Under the pieces are notes generated by a model. That model saw nothing but the letters and a program-made list of their open reading frames with translations. It searched no databases and was not told the DNA's origin. A stretch of DNA of 36,290 nt from a virus (taxonomy: Duplodnaviria; Caudoviricetes): positions 1 through 36,290 of the IMG/VR virus record IMGVR_UViG_3300031836_000038. One strand, given 5' to 3'. Shown piece by piece: positions 1 through 7,672 of this stretch (the first letter of the stretch is position 1; the number at the start of each line of letters is the position of its first letter). The translations under genes were made by a program, and so were the position numbers.

Positions 1-1
1 G

Positions 2-121
2 GGCGTATCCCGAGGGGCTATTTCGCAGTGGAAATCTGCAGGGATACCGGAAGGTCGCCAGTGGCAGATCGAAGCATTGACTAAAGGAAAGCTTAAGGCT
101 GACCAGCCAGAAGCAGCGTGA
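2..121 (+). CDS. cro: Cro-like repressor, 3' part (truncated by window edge)
   Basis: Frame 2 reads GVSRGAISQWKSAGIPEGRQWQIEALTKGKLKADQPEAA*. The GVSxxAISQW recognition helix and IPxxRxxQIExLTxGKLKA tail are typical of P22 Cro/DicC-type proteins. It heads the rightward early operon. Not in the ORF track. Confidence 0.85.
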   Translation, partial: GVSRGAISQWKSAGIPEGRQWQIEALTKGKLKADQPEAA

Positions 122-131
122 GGGAAATGAC

Positions 132-320
132 ATGTACGCAGATCCAAAACACATAAAGAAACACCCTTACAAGGTTTCTTTGAACGACGACGAGCAGCTC
201 TTGCTCGAAGTCACCGCCCAAGCCGCAGGGCTCCAGCCGAGTGCATGGATACGCATGTTGGCTATGGAGCGCCTGGACGAACTACTGGAGACAAAAGATA
301 GCGAACGCATCGCAAGTTAA
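132..320 (+). CDS. small putative DNA-binding protein (ribbon-helix-helix-like), cII position
   Basis: 62 aa. KVSLNDDE..L...A...G..PSAWIR fits a strand-helix-helix pattern. GAGGG RBS, directly after cro. Confidence 0.6.
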   Translation: MYADPKHIKKHPYKVSLNDDEQLLLEVTAQAAGLQPSAWIRMLAMERLDELLETKDSERIAS

Positions 321-343
321 ACACGCACTTTCGAGTCACTGAG

Positions 344-535
344 GTGGTCATGCCGGACAACACGCTGAATTTATCGCAGCGGGAAGACGAACGAATTAGA
401 GGCTATGCAACCCAGCACGGCATTACAGAAGAAGAGGCTATTGGGAAGTTGGCCATTGAGCAGATACACGCACGACTGAATGTGCGCCACAAGAGGGGGG
501 AGGTTAGGGCTTTTAAGTCACCCAAAAGTGACTGA
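344..535 (+). CDS. small hypothetical protein, possibly ribbon-helix-helix-like
   Basis: 63 aa (start could be ATG 350, after GAGGT). LNLSQREDERIRGYATQHGITEEEAI resembles the CopG/RHH pattern. Confidence 0.5.
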   Translation: MVMPDNTLNLSQREDERIRGYATQHGITEEEAIGKLAIEQIHARLNVRHKRGEVRAFKSPKSD

Positions 536-578
536 ATAGATTTCATAGGCACATGAACCAAAAAAACCGGAGAACGCA

Positions 579-824
579 ATGGATAACCAACACAAGAAAA
601 TCAACGGCTATCGGGATTTATCTCAGGCCGAAATCGACTTGATGAACAGGATTAAAGAGAAGGCTGCCGAAGTGGGCGAGCTGTGCGAGTCACTGAGAAA
701 GGCAGAGTTCGCAACAACTTCCGATGAGCAGCCCGATCCACGCTGGCTATCTATCGGTGTGACGGATCTGCAAAAGGGATTTATGGCGCTGACACGCTCA
801 ATTGCGAAGCCGGGATTCTTTTAG
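579..824 (+). CDS. acb2: Acb2-family anti-CBASS cyclic-oligonucleotide sponge
   Basis: MDNQHKKINGYRDLSQAEIDLMNRIK and PRWLSIGVTDLQKGFMALTRSIAKP closely match the Acb2 signature as I recall it (MDNQHKKIxGYRDL..MN..K; RW.AIG.TD.Q.G.MA..R.IA.P). GGAG RBS upstream. Confidence 0.9.
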   Translation: MDNQHKKINGYRDLSQAEIDLMNRIKEKAAEVGELCESLRKAEFATTSDEQPDPRWLSIGVTDLQKGFMALTRSIAKPGFF

Positions 825-831
825 TCTAAGC

Positions 832-887
832 CAAAAAAAAACCGCCATCACGGGTGTAGCAAGCACCTAGGCGGGTTAATCAGAACA
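832..887 (-). terminator. possible intrinsic terminator on the minus strand
   Basis: The minus strand reads CCGCC...GGTG-loop-CACC...GGCGG followed by a long T run (the A run at 833-841 on +). Confidence 0.5.
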
Positions 888-899
888 CTGGAGGAGAAG

Positions 900-1658
900 A
901 TGATGACACAGCTAACAGTAAATGGGAATAGCGGCGATTTGACGATGAGCAGCCGCGAGATTATGCAGCTCACTGGAAAGCGCCACACGGATGTTAAGAG
1001 GGATATTTGCGTGATGCTGGAAGCGCTCGACAGAGATGTGAGCAGTTTTGCGCACACCTATTTTGACTCAATAAATCGCAAGCAGGTGGAATACCGGCTT
1101 GACCGAGAGCTGACCGAAACTCTTGTTACCGGCTACAGCATCCCGCTCCGCCACAAAGTAATTAAGCGCCTGCATGAGCTTGAGCGCGAACTGGGCAAAG
1201 CGAAAGTGCCAGCCTGGATTTCCACCTTGACCCCGCAAGCCAAAATTGCAATTGAAGACCTAAACTCTCAGGTGGACCACTACAAATCTGAAACCACCCG
1301 CCTGAACACAGTCTGCAATGACCTGGCGCTAAACCTGCGCGAAGGCATGACCATACCCGCCTTCTGTCGCCCTCTGAATGGCATCAACGTAAACCGAGTG
1401 CAGTCCAGTCTTGTCAGTCGTAAGCGCCTGCTAAAGACGGCTCACGGCTACCGAAGCGCCTCAGCTTATCGGGACAGACTTTTTACCGAGCGCCGCGACT
1501 GGACGACCGAAGGAATCCTTACCGAGCAAGTCATTCTCACGCTGCAAGGCGCTAAGTGGCTGTACTCCGAATACGAGAAGGGCCGGCTGGAAATGAAGAA
1601 GGACTGGAACGGGCAGTTTAGCCACATCCTTTTTGAAAAGTCCGAGGTGGCCGCATGA
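900..1658 (+). CDS. rha: Rha-family phage regulator / antirepressor-like protein
   Basis: N-terminal TMSSREIMQLTGKRHTDVKRDI...Y.L......LVTGYSIPLRHKVIKRLHELE is the Rha motif, followed by a coiled coil and an antirepressor-like C-terminal domain. GGAGGAG RBS. Confidence 0.8.
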   Translation: MMTQLTVNGNSGDLTMSSREIMQLTGKRHTDVKRDICVMLEALDRDVSSFAHTYFDSINRKQVEYRLDRELTETLVTGYSIPLRHKVIKRLHELERELGKAKVPAWISTLTPQAKIAIEDLNSQVDHYKSETTRLNTVCNDLALNLREGMTIPAFCRPLNGINVNRVQSSLVSRKRLLKTAHGYRSASAYRDRLFTERRDWTTEGILTEQVILTLQGAKWLYSEYEKGRLEMKKDWNGQFSHILFEKSEVAA

Positions 1659-1933
1659 GCGCACTTAACGAATTAGCCGTTGAAACCATCGCTTACCTGG
1701 ACGCAAAGCAAGCGACCCAACACAAGCGCGACGAGTACCGCCGTGTACGAGACCACTACATTGCCACCAACGGCGCGGGCCGCGACTGGAAAGACCTGGT
1801 GTGTGACCCCTCATTTCAGATGTTCACCAATAAATCTTATCGCGAATGGCGCAACGCTCGCAGCCAGCAGTACAACGCTGAGCGTCGAATGATGACGCGC
1901 TACCGGAAGACAAAGATGCGGGAGGTGGCGTAA
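1655..1933 (+). CDS. hypothetical phage protein
   Basis: 92 aa. ATGA overlap with the upstream gene, TAATG overlap with the downstream gene, GAGG RBS. Confidence 0.75.
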   Translation: MSALNELAVETIAYLDAKQATQHKRDEYRRVRDHYIATNGAGRDWKDLVCDPSFQMFTNKSYREWRNARSQQYNAERRMMTRYRKTKMREVA

Positions 1934-2883
1934 TGAGCGTTGTCTCAATCACAACAGCAAGGCGGGAGCGTATGCCCGACGACAAGCCAGAACTCAATGA
2001 CGGTTACTCCAGAGTGGTGAATGTCCTGGCCGAAGGGTTGGCATCCACTGCACTGACCTCCCTGGAGCATCGTGTGGTGTGGGCCGTAATCCGCCTGACC
2101 TACGGGTGGCAAAAAGGTAAAGATCGGATTGCCGCCAGTCAGATAGCCAAGATCACCGGACTGACCCGTCAGAAATGCTCCAGTACGCTTTCAGGGCTGA
2201 TCGAAAGGGGCGTCATCATCCGTGAAGGCGGGAGCCAGTCAGCCATAAAATTGAACACCAAAACAGAGCAATGGGCTGCTCGCGAGAAGGCCACAAAAGC
2301 ACCTCAAAATACCAAAGTGAACCCAATTTCTAAAAACGGTTCACTGAACCCAATTACGGTTACGAATACGAACCCAATTACGGTTCACACCAAAGATAAA
2401 AGAAATAAAGATAAAAACACTACGTGTTTCATGGAGGAAGTTACCCCGTCTGAATTGCCCGCTACACCACTAAACCCCGACGCCGCTATCCAGAATAAAT
2501 CCGGCAAGAAATACGGCCACCAGATCGACCTCGAAATTGCCGAGCTAATGGCAAGGGCGATTGATTCCAATCTGGGCAAAGACGCTCCGGTTAATCGAGA
2601 CATGGCCGAGTGGGCAAACACCATTCGACTCACCCGCGAAAAAGACAACCGTGAGCCGGCAGCGATTCGCGCCCTGTTCGCTTGGGCCAATCAAGATTCA
2701 TTTTGGTCAGCGAACATCCAGAGCCCAAAGAAGCTCCGCGAAAAGTGGTTAGTCCTGGCAGCAAAACGAAACTCACAGCGCAATGGTGGCGACAATGGAA
2801 CTCATCGGGCAGGTAGTCAGCAATCTGACGAAAGACTCACACGGCAGCTCACCGACCTTGAATACGCAAGGGAGAACTTCTAA
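1933..2883 (+). CDS. lambda O-like replication initiator
   Basis: GYSRVVN.L.E.L....LTSLEHRVVWAVIRLTYGWQK..DRI..SQI...TG is the Phage_rep_O N-terminal motif. The C-terminus has WA..IRL..E.D.R.....LF.WA..D.FW..NI.SP.KLR.KW. Iterons lie inside the gene. Confidence 0.92.
   Translation: MSVVSITTARRERMPDDKPELNDGYSRVVNVLAEGLASTALTSLEHRVVWAVIRLTYGWQKGKDRIAASQIAKITGLTRQKCSSTLSGLIERGVIIREGGSQSAIKLNTKTEQWAAREKATKAPQNTKVNPISKNGSLNPITVTNTNPITVHTKDKRNKDKNTTCFMEEVTPSELPATPLNPDAAIQNKSGKKYGHQIDLEIAELMARAIDSNLGKDAPVNRDMAEWANTIRLTREKDNREPAAIRALFAWANQDSFWSANIQSPKKLREKWLVLAAKRNSQRNGGDNGTHRAGSQQSDERLTRQLTDLEYARENF
2317..2420. repeat. replication origin: iterons plus A-rich tract
   Basis: GAACCCAATTACGGTT at 2346-2361 and 2370-2385 (24 bp period), a longer variant GTGAACCCAATTTCTAAAAACGGTTCAC at 2317-2344, then A-rich AAAGATAAAAGAAATAAAGATAAAAAC. 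This is the lambda ori layout inside O. Confidence 0.85.
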
Positions 2884-3313
2884 TGCACCTCGATTCACTC
2901 CCGAGCAGATCAGCAAGACCAGCGCCTTCTTCGCTCGCATCGTCACCGTGTACGGCCGTGGCCGCGCCAAAACGCTCTGGGGCAACTCTGACGAGCAATT
3001 CCAGATTATGCGCCGCGAATGGGCCAAGACCATCGGCGGGTTATCCGTTGACCAGCTCGAAAACATCTTTGATCGACTCAAAGAAAAGCTGGCAGCCGGT
3101 GACGACAATTACCACTGGCCGGACATTGCGCGAATGCTCGCCCTGCTCAACGACGGAAAGCGCAGCGCGGCTCACCGAGTCTTTCGGCCAGGCTTGCCCG
3201 AGCCTGCATGGCGCAGAGAGCAGCGCCGCGAAGTGGGCCGCATTGCCAGCCAGACAGCCATGGCCGTCCTGCGCAACCGGGCCTGCTTCATCGAAGACCG
3301 ACCGGAAGGGTGA
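2783..3313 (+). CDS. lambda P-like helicase loader
   Basis: Overlaps the end of O. F.RI..VYG.....WG.......RREW...I..L...Q.............WP.I..ML and the SAAHR.F..LPEP tail match P-like proteins. The exact start is uncertain. Confidence 0.75.
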   Translation: MVATMELIGQVVSNLTKDSHGSSPTLNTQGRTSNAPRFTPEQISKTSAFFARIVTVYGRGRAKTLWGNSDEQFQIMRREWAKTIGGLSVDQLENIFDRLKEKLAAGDDNYHWPDIARMLALLNDGKRSAAHRVFRPGLPEPAWRREQRREVGRIASQTAMAVLRNRACFIEDRPEG

Positions 3314-3317
3314 CGCC

Positions 3318-3632
3318 ATGAGCCTGCGCCAAGCCGCCGAAGAAGTTATCCAAGGGCGTCAGGCCCGCAAAGAAATGAAGTACATCAGCAGTAACGCCAA
3401 GATCGCCAAAAAGTGCGAGGTGGGCCGCTCCGTCGTTGAGCGTGTGCTGCTGGGTCTACCAACACGCCTTGCCACCGACGAAGACAGGGGCAGGATTCTG
3501 GCGCTGAAAGCCGAGCACCACAGATTGCTGACGATCCAACGCTACAACGCCCTGCCCATTTCTGCCTACCGGCACGGATTCACGCCAAGCCAGATCAGAG
3601 CCGAACTTCAGCGCATGGGGGTGGAGCTATGA
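3318..3632 (+). CDS. hypothetical protein, possible HTH
   Basis: Likely start is MSLRQAAEEV at 3318 within track ORF 2883..3632. NAKIAKKCEVGRSVVERVL is HTH-like. ATGA overlap with the next gene. Confidence 0.65.
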   Translation: MSLRQAAEEVIQGRQARKEMKYISSNAKIAKKCEVGRSVVERVLLGLPTRLATDEDRGRILALKAEHHRLLTIQRYNALPISAYRHGFTPSQIRAELQRMGVEL

Positions 3633-4293
3633 GGGTCTTAATCGGCTGCGAATCCAGCGGCATCATCCGTGACGCCTTCCGGGCGCTGGGCCATGACGCC
3701 TATAGCTGCGACCTGCTGCCGTGCGAAGGCGATACAGCATTTCATTTTCAGTGTGACGTTCGGACGCTGCTCAAGCCCGGTATGTGGGATCTGTTCATTG
3801 CTCACCCGGACTGCACCTATCTCACAAACTCCGCTGCCTGGGCGTTTGGCGATGGCCCTTACCACCAGAAAGTAAAGCCCGGGACGCTGGTAGGCGCAGA
3901 GCGCAGAGGGAGGTCGCCTTGGCTTTCGTTGAGGAAATGCTAAACGCGCCGGTTCCGTTCATTGCACTGGAAAACCCAGTGGGCGTTATCAGCACCCGAA
4001 TACGCCCGGCCAGCCAGTACATCCAGCCCCACGAATACGGCGAAGACGCCAGCAAGAAAACCGGCCTGTGGCTCAAGAACCTTCCACTGCTTCAGCCGAC
4101 TGGGAGTGTTGCGCCGCGCTTCGTTGATGGGCGCCCTCGCTGGGCCAATCAGACTGACAGCGGGCAAAACCGGCTATCACCCGGCGCGAATCGCTGGATT
4201 GAGCGCTCCCGCACATACCGGGGCTGGGCTGACGCCATGGCTGCCCAGTGGGGTGACCACGTAACAGCACAACAACTGAGGGTTGCAGCATGA
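3629..4293 (+). pseudogene. C5 cytosine DNA methyltransferase-like gene, frameshifted at about 3894-3907
   Basis: The first frame has RVLIGCESSG..RDAF...GHDA.SCDL and IAHPDCTYL (motif I- and IV-like). The second frame has IALENPVG (motif VI), IQP.EYG....KKT.LWL and RSRTY.G.A.AMA.QW. The frame changes at a GCGCAGA x2 repeat. Confidence 0.8.
3894..3907 (+). repeat. tandem heptamer GCGCAGA x2 at the methyltransferase frameshift
   Basis: GCGCAGA at 3894-3900 and 3901-3907. Confidence 0.9.
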
Positions 4294-4481
4294 CCTGCCC
4301 ACACTGCCATCGCGGAACCCACCTGCAAAACGGCGTCCACCTTGCCGAACTGGAAATGCACAAATGCGAGCGCTCGGAACTGACGCTGGAGCCGATGACC
4401 GACACGCCAAAGATCCGGGAAGTGTGGCATCAGCCGGGCAAGCGCACGGACCTGCCTTTTACCTCGGAGGGCAAGGCATGA
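4290..4481 (+). CDS. small hypothetical protein with N-terminal CxxC
   Basis: 63 aa, MTCPHC. ATGA overlaps at both ends. Confidence 0.65.
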   Translation: MTCPHCHRGTHLQNGVHLAELEMHKCERSELTLEPMTDTPKIREVWHQPGKRTDLPFTSEGKA

Positions 4482-4738
4482 AACTCCCAAAACTTTATGC
4501 ACCAGTGTTAATTGAATTTTGGTCGCTCAGATGCGGGATCGGGTCAGGCTACGGCGTGGTTTTCGACATAGACACAAAGGTTTTCCGAAAGTGCATGAGG
4601 GTTCTAAGTGACGGCTCATGGTCCTGGCAGATCGTCGGGTACAACAATTTAAGAAAGCGGGATTATTTGGCAGAAGTCGATCAAGAAATTCTAACGGATT
4701 GTGGCGCAGATATTGAATTTTCAGTGGTGGCGAAATGA
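4478..4738 (+). CDS. hypothetical protein
   Basis: Start MKLPKLY at the ATGA overlap (4478) with GGAGG RBS; 86 aa. Confidence 0.65.
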   Translation: MKLPKLYAPVLIEFWSLRCGIGSGYGVVFDIDTKVFRKCMRVLSDGSWSWQIVGYNNLRKRDYLAEVDQEILTDCGADIEFSVVAK

Positions 4739-4932
4739 CACAGCAAGAAACGATTTTAGAAGCTCTAGGAAACAACCCGCTCAATCGCCGCCGAATCGGC
4801 CAGCTGCTGGACGCAAGCGAGATCCAGGTGATGCGACTGATTAACGAGATGTGCGCAGCAAGCCTGATTTATTTAAACAGCTATGGCGAGTATGCCAAGC
4901 GCCCGCAAACGCCAAGTCCGGAGGCAGCATGA
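4735..4932 (+). CDS. small winged-helix-like protein
   Basis: TQQETILEALG..PLNRRRIGQLL.......RLINEM....LIY....GEY fits a wHTH pattern. Coupled overlaps. Confidence 0.6.
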   Translation: MTQQETILEALGNNPLNRRRIGQLLDASEIQVMRLINEMCAASLIYLNSYGEYAKRPQTPSPEAA

Positions 4933-5516
4933 ACAAACCAACAGCAGCGCAATTGAAAGACCCGCAATGGTGGGGCGTATGGGCCTCTGAAGATGCCACG
5001 CATTACAGCGAGTATTACGGCGCTTTCGTGAAGCCCTTCGATGCAGAGCAGTGGGTGGTGTTGCGCCAAGGTCCAAAGCCGGTCGTTACTTTTATGGACA
5101 CCGGAATATTTATTGGTCGCCCAAATTCCAGCCCTGAAGACGTGCAGCCAGCCGCACCGGAGTGGGATGGCACTGGCCTGCCTCCGGTTGGGACTGAGTG
5201 TGTGTTTAGTCACCCCGGCGTTTGCGGATGGGTTAAGTGTGAGGTTCTTGCATATCACAATTCTAAAGTGGTTGTTTACACAGAAATTCCAATATTTTCT
5301 GACTTCAATGGATACCCAAACATTGAGGTTGATGAAGAGCTAACCTTCCGCAAAATCCGCAGCCAGGCAGAGCAGGAGCGGGAAAAAGTTGTTGATTCGG
5401 CCAAGGTGGTTTTTGACGAAGTTAGCGACCTGTTTACGCCAACTAACAACGCTTCACTGAACGCTCTTTTCAATGCCCTCTACGACGCCGGAATGCTGCG
5501 GAGGGCTGACAAGTGA
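4929..5516 (+). CDS. conserved hypothetical phage protein
   Basis: Start MNKPTAA at 4929 (GGAGG RBS). EWDGTGLPPVGTECVF and the ALYDAG tail are recurrent motifs in gammaproteobacterial phage nin regions. Confidence 0.75.
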   Translation: MNKPTAAQLKDPQWWGVWASEDATHYSEYYGAFVKPFDAEQWVVLRQGPKPVVTFMDTGIFIGRPNSSPEDVQPAAPEWDGTGLPPVGTECVFSHPGVCGWVKCEVLAYHNSKVVVYTEIPIFSDFNGYPNIEVDEELTFRKIRSQAEQEREKVVDSAKVVFDEVSDLFTPTNNASLNALFNALYDAGMLRRADK

Positions 5517-5647
5517 TCGCCTCTATCAGAATCTGGGCAGGCTGCAAGCTCATATCGGTCGCGCTCAAGCTCATGCCGCCCGCCTACCGCAATCAGCGCT
5601 TTGTTGGCAATGCCATGCGCACCGGGCATATCAAAGGAGGTGAGTGA
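5513..5647 (+). CDS. 44 aa hypothetical peptide
   Basis: An open frame from GTG to TGA (IASIRIWAGCKLISVALKLMPP...) exactly fills the gap, with GTGA overlaps on both sides. Below the ORF-track cutoff. Confidence 0.5.
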   Translation: MIASIRIWAGCKLISVALKLMPPAYRNQRFVGNAMRTGHIKGGE

Positions 5648-6132
5648 TGAGCAAGCCAGCCCGCAAAAAGACCAGCCGCGCCGTGATGTTCCGGGTAACG
5701 CCCGAAGGAACTTTGGCTCCAAATGATGACATTTCTCGGCAGACCCTGCGCAAGCGTGGCTTTCGTGTCGGGGATGTTCTTGCCGCTGACCCCAAGAAGC
5801 CGCGCAGCCTGCACAACTGGCGCCGCGCTCACAAGCTCGGGCAGATGCTGGTGGATAACATCGAAGGCTTCCAAAACATGGAGCCCCACGGCGTCCTCAA
5901 GCGGCTGCAATGGGAGGGCAATATTGGCTGCGAGGAAATGGGCGTCCAGGTTCCAGGCGTTGGCCTGGCCACCATACGGATGCCGCTCAGCTTGAACTTT
6001 GCCGATATGGACGATGGTGAGTTTCACGCGATCTATGGCCAGTTCTGTCAGCACGTTATCGACAACTACTGGACCAGCATGACGCCGGATCAAATCGAGC
6101 AAATGGCGAACTTAGTGGGGTTGGCAGCATGA
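5644..6132 (+). CDS. DUF1367-like nin-region protein
   Basis: VGDVL...KKPR....R..H and PLSLNFADMDDGEF..IY resemble the DUF1367 C-terminal SISF..MD..EF..LY motif. AGGAGGT RBS. Confidence 0.6.
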   Translation: MMSKPARKKTSRAVMFRVTPEGTLAPNDDISRQTLRKRGFRVGDVLAADPKKPRSLHNWRRAHKLGQMLVDNIEGFQNMEPHGVLKRLQWEGNIGCEEMGVQVPGVGLATIRMPLSLNFADMDDGEFHAIYGQFCQHVIDNYWTSMTPDQIEQMANLVGLAA

Positions 6133-6278
6133 GTAATAACGACAAAGCGATGATGGTTATGTACTTGCTGGCAATTCTTCTAATTGTTGGCGTCGTCATA
6201 TTTTGGACGGTCCTCCAGTGGTCCGAGTGCCGGGATGCAGGGATGTCCGTTTTCTACTGCATAAAGCACGTCAGTTGA
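6129..6278 (+). CDS. 49 aa single-pass membrane peptide
   Basis: MSNNDKAMMVMYLLAILLIVGVVIFWTVLQWSECRDAGMSVFYCIKHVS*. ATGA overlap. One TM helix, then two Cys. Not in the track. Confidence 0.65.
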   Translation: MSNNDKAMMVMYLLAILLIVGVVIFWTVLQWSECRDAGMSVFYCIKHVS

Positions 6279-6289
6279 CAGGAGGCAGC

Positions 6290-6490
6290 ATGATTATCCA
6301 CATGAGCTTTTCAATCCCTCACCGCCTGCGCACAGAAGATGGCGGTTATGTGTACATGACCTGGCACCGGTACTGCGGCCCAGAGTTTTACCAGGACCGC
6401 GAGTGCAACCGAGAAATTGTCGAATGGTGGAAGGCGCCGGCGCTGGATAGAGCGTTGAGCTGGTTTATTGGCAGAGGTGAAAAAGCATGA
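6290..6490 (+). CDS. hypothetical protein
   Basis: AGGAGG RBS then MIIHMSFS... (66 aa). ATGA overlap downstream. Confidence 0.7.
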   Translation: MIIHMSFSIPHRLRTEDGGYVYMTWHRYCGPEFYQDRECNREIVEWWKAPALDRALSWFIGRGEKA

Positions 6491-6711
6491 CCAAAAACGA
6501 ATTAAAGCGCAGATACCAGCCGGTGAATATCTCAATGCGCAGCAACTCAGCAAAGCGCGATCAGTCCGCAAAGATCGAAGCGCAGACGGCGGAATATCTG
6601 GCATCTGGCGGCAAGATCAAGTGTTCGGAAGTGGGCCGGAGCAAGGCGGTGGATCTGACTTTTCGGCATTACGCGCTTTCGGGCCTGGATGAAGTGGAGG
6701 GGGTGGAGTGA
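6487..6711 (+). CDS. SutA RNA-polymerase-binding-domain-like protein
   Basis: SNSAKRDQSAKIEAQTAEYLASGGKIKCSE aligns by eye with the SutA helix-GGK motif (SVEAKQKERDALAKAMEEFLSRGGKVQEIE, recalled). Confidence 0.6.
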   Translation: MTKNELKRRYQPVNISMRSNSAKRDQSAKIEAQTAEYLASGGKIKCSEVGRSKAVDLTFRHYALSGLDEVEGVE

Positions 6712-6803
6712 AAGACGACAACTTTGTGAAGTTCGTTATTAGCCTGGGCATTGCAGTTTGCCTGATAGCGCTGACGTCCATGATTCCGGCTGGAGGTGGT
6801 TGA
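6708..6803 (+). CDS. 31 aa hydrophobic peptide
   Basis: GTG start overlapping the previous stop; KDDNFVKFVISLGIAVCLIALTSMIPAGGG*. GGAGG upstream; its stop abuts ninG. Confidence 0.5.
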   Translation: MKDDNFVKFVISLGIAVCLIALTSMIPAGGG

Positions 6804-7400
6804 ATGAAAAAGTGCCGAATCTGCAAGTCTCCATACGAGCCCCACAACAGCCTGCAACGTGCCTGCGGGCCAACCTGTGCGTTGGCATTGGTCAAGCTCG
6901 ATAACGAGCGCAAAGCGGCCAAGGTGGTCAAGGAATCGCGGGTATGGGTGAAGCAACAGAAAGAGCGGCTGAAAACGCGCCGCGATTACGAGAAGGACTG
7001 CCAGCGCGACTTCAACAAGTTTATACGCAACCGCGATTTGCACTTGCCCTGTATTTGCTGCGGGCAGTGGGGAGATGACGAGTTCTGGAAAGTTGGCGGC
7101 CAATGGGATGCGGGGCATTACCTCTCAGTTGGCAGTCATCCTGAGTATAGGTTTGACGAGGCCAATTGCCACAAACAGCTCAAGTCATGTAACGCAGGCG
7201 AAGGAAAGTATGCCGGGAAAAGGCGCACGGTTAGCGAGGAATACAGGGTGAGGCTAATTGAGAAAATTGGGCAGGCAGAAGTTGACCGGCTTGAAGGTCC
7301 GAATGAGGCGAAGAAGTACGCAGCTGATGAGATGAAAGCGATGGCGGCGCATTACAGGGCAAGAACGCGGGAAATACAAAAAGTGAGGATGGCGGCATGA
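6804..7400 (+). CDS. ninG: NinG/Rap recombination endonuclease
   Basis: KKCRIC...Q..C.P.CA, Q..FN.FIR.RD..LPCI.CG, WDAGHY.SVG..PE.RFDE.N.HKQ...CN, EYR..LI.KIG...V..LEG. Confidence 0.95.
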   Translation: MKKCRICKSPYEPHNSLQRACGPTCALALVKLDNERKAAKVVKESRVWVKQQKERLKTRRDYEKDCQRDFNKFIRNRDLHLPCICCGQWGDDEFWKVGGQWDAGHYLSVGSHPEYRFDEANCHKQLKSCNAGEGKYAGKRRTVSEEYRVRLIEKIGQAEVDRLEGPNEAKKYAADEMKAMAAHYRARTREIQKVRMAA

Positions 7401-7672
7401 GATTCAAGCAAGTAGTCAGGGCAAAAAATCGAAGAGCCGGCCGTTTCTCGCTGGCTAGCTGGAGCATTGATAACTCTGATGTTGCAGTAAGTCGAATTAT
7501 GAGCCAGTGCATTATTGTTCGCGCCGAGATGGACTACATGAGAGGCACAATTGATTACCAGGCGATCAGCTGGCGATTCAGAGAAACGATTGAGGGCGAG
7601 ATTTTGCCGCTTTATGTGTGGCACTACAACGACGAAACCGGACAATTAACGGTAACTGAGGTGTCGGAATGA
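7397..7672 (+). CDS. hypothetical protein
   Basis: 91 aa, ATGA overlaps on both sides, GAGG RBS. Confidence 0.7.
   Translation: MRFKQVVRAKNRRAGRFSLASWSIDNSDVAVSRIMSQCIIVRAEMDYMRGTIDYQAISWRFRETIEGEILPLYVWHYNDETGQLTVTEVSE

Noticed and set aside
2883-3317. N-terminal part of the 249 aa track ORF
   Set aside because: It overlaps the P-like gene in another frame and is S/R/P-rich shadow translation. The start at 3318 is more plausible.
3784-4293. Separate gene, or programmed ribosomal frameshift, for the second methylase half
   Set aside because: There is no RBS-backed start and no canonical slippery heptamer. A one-unit repeat loss explains the break more simply.
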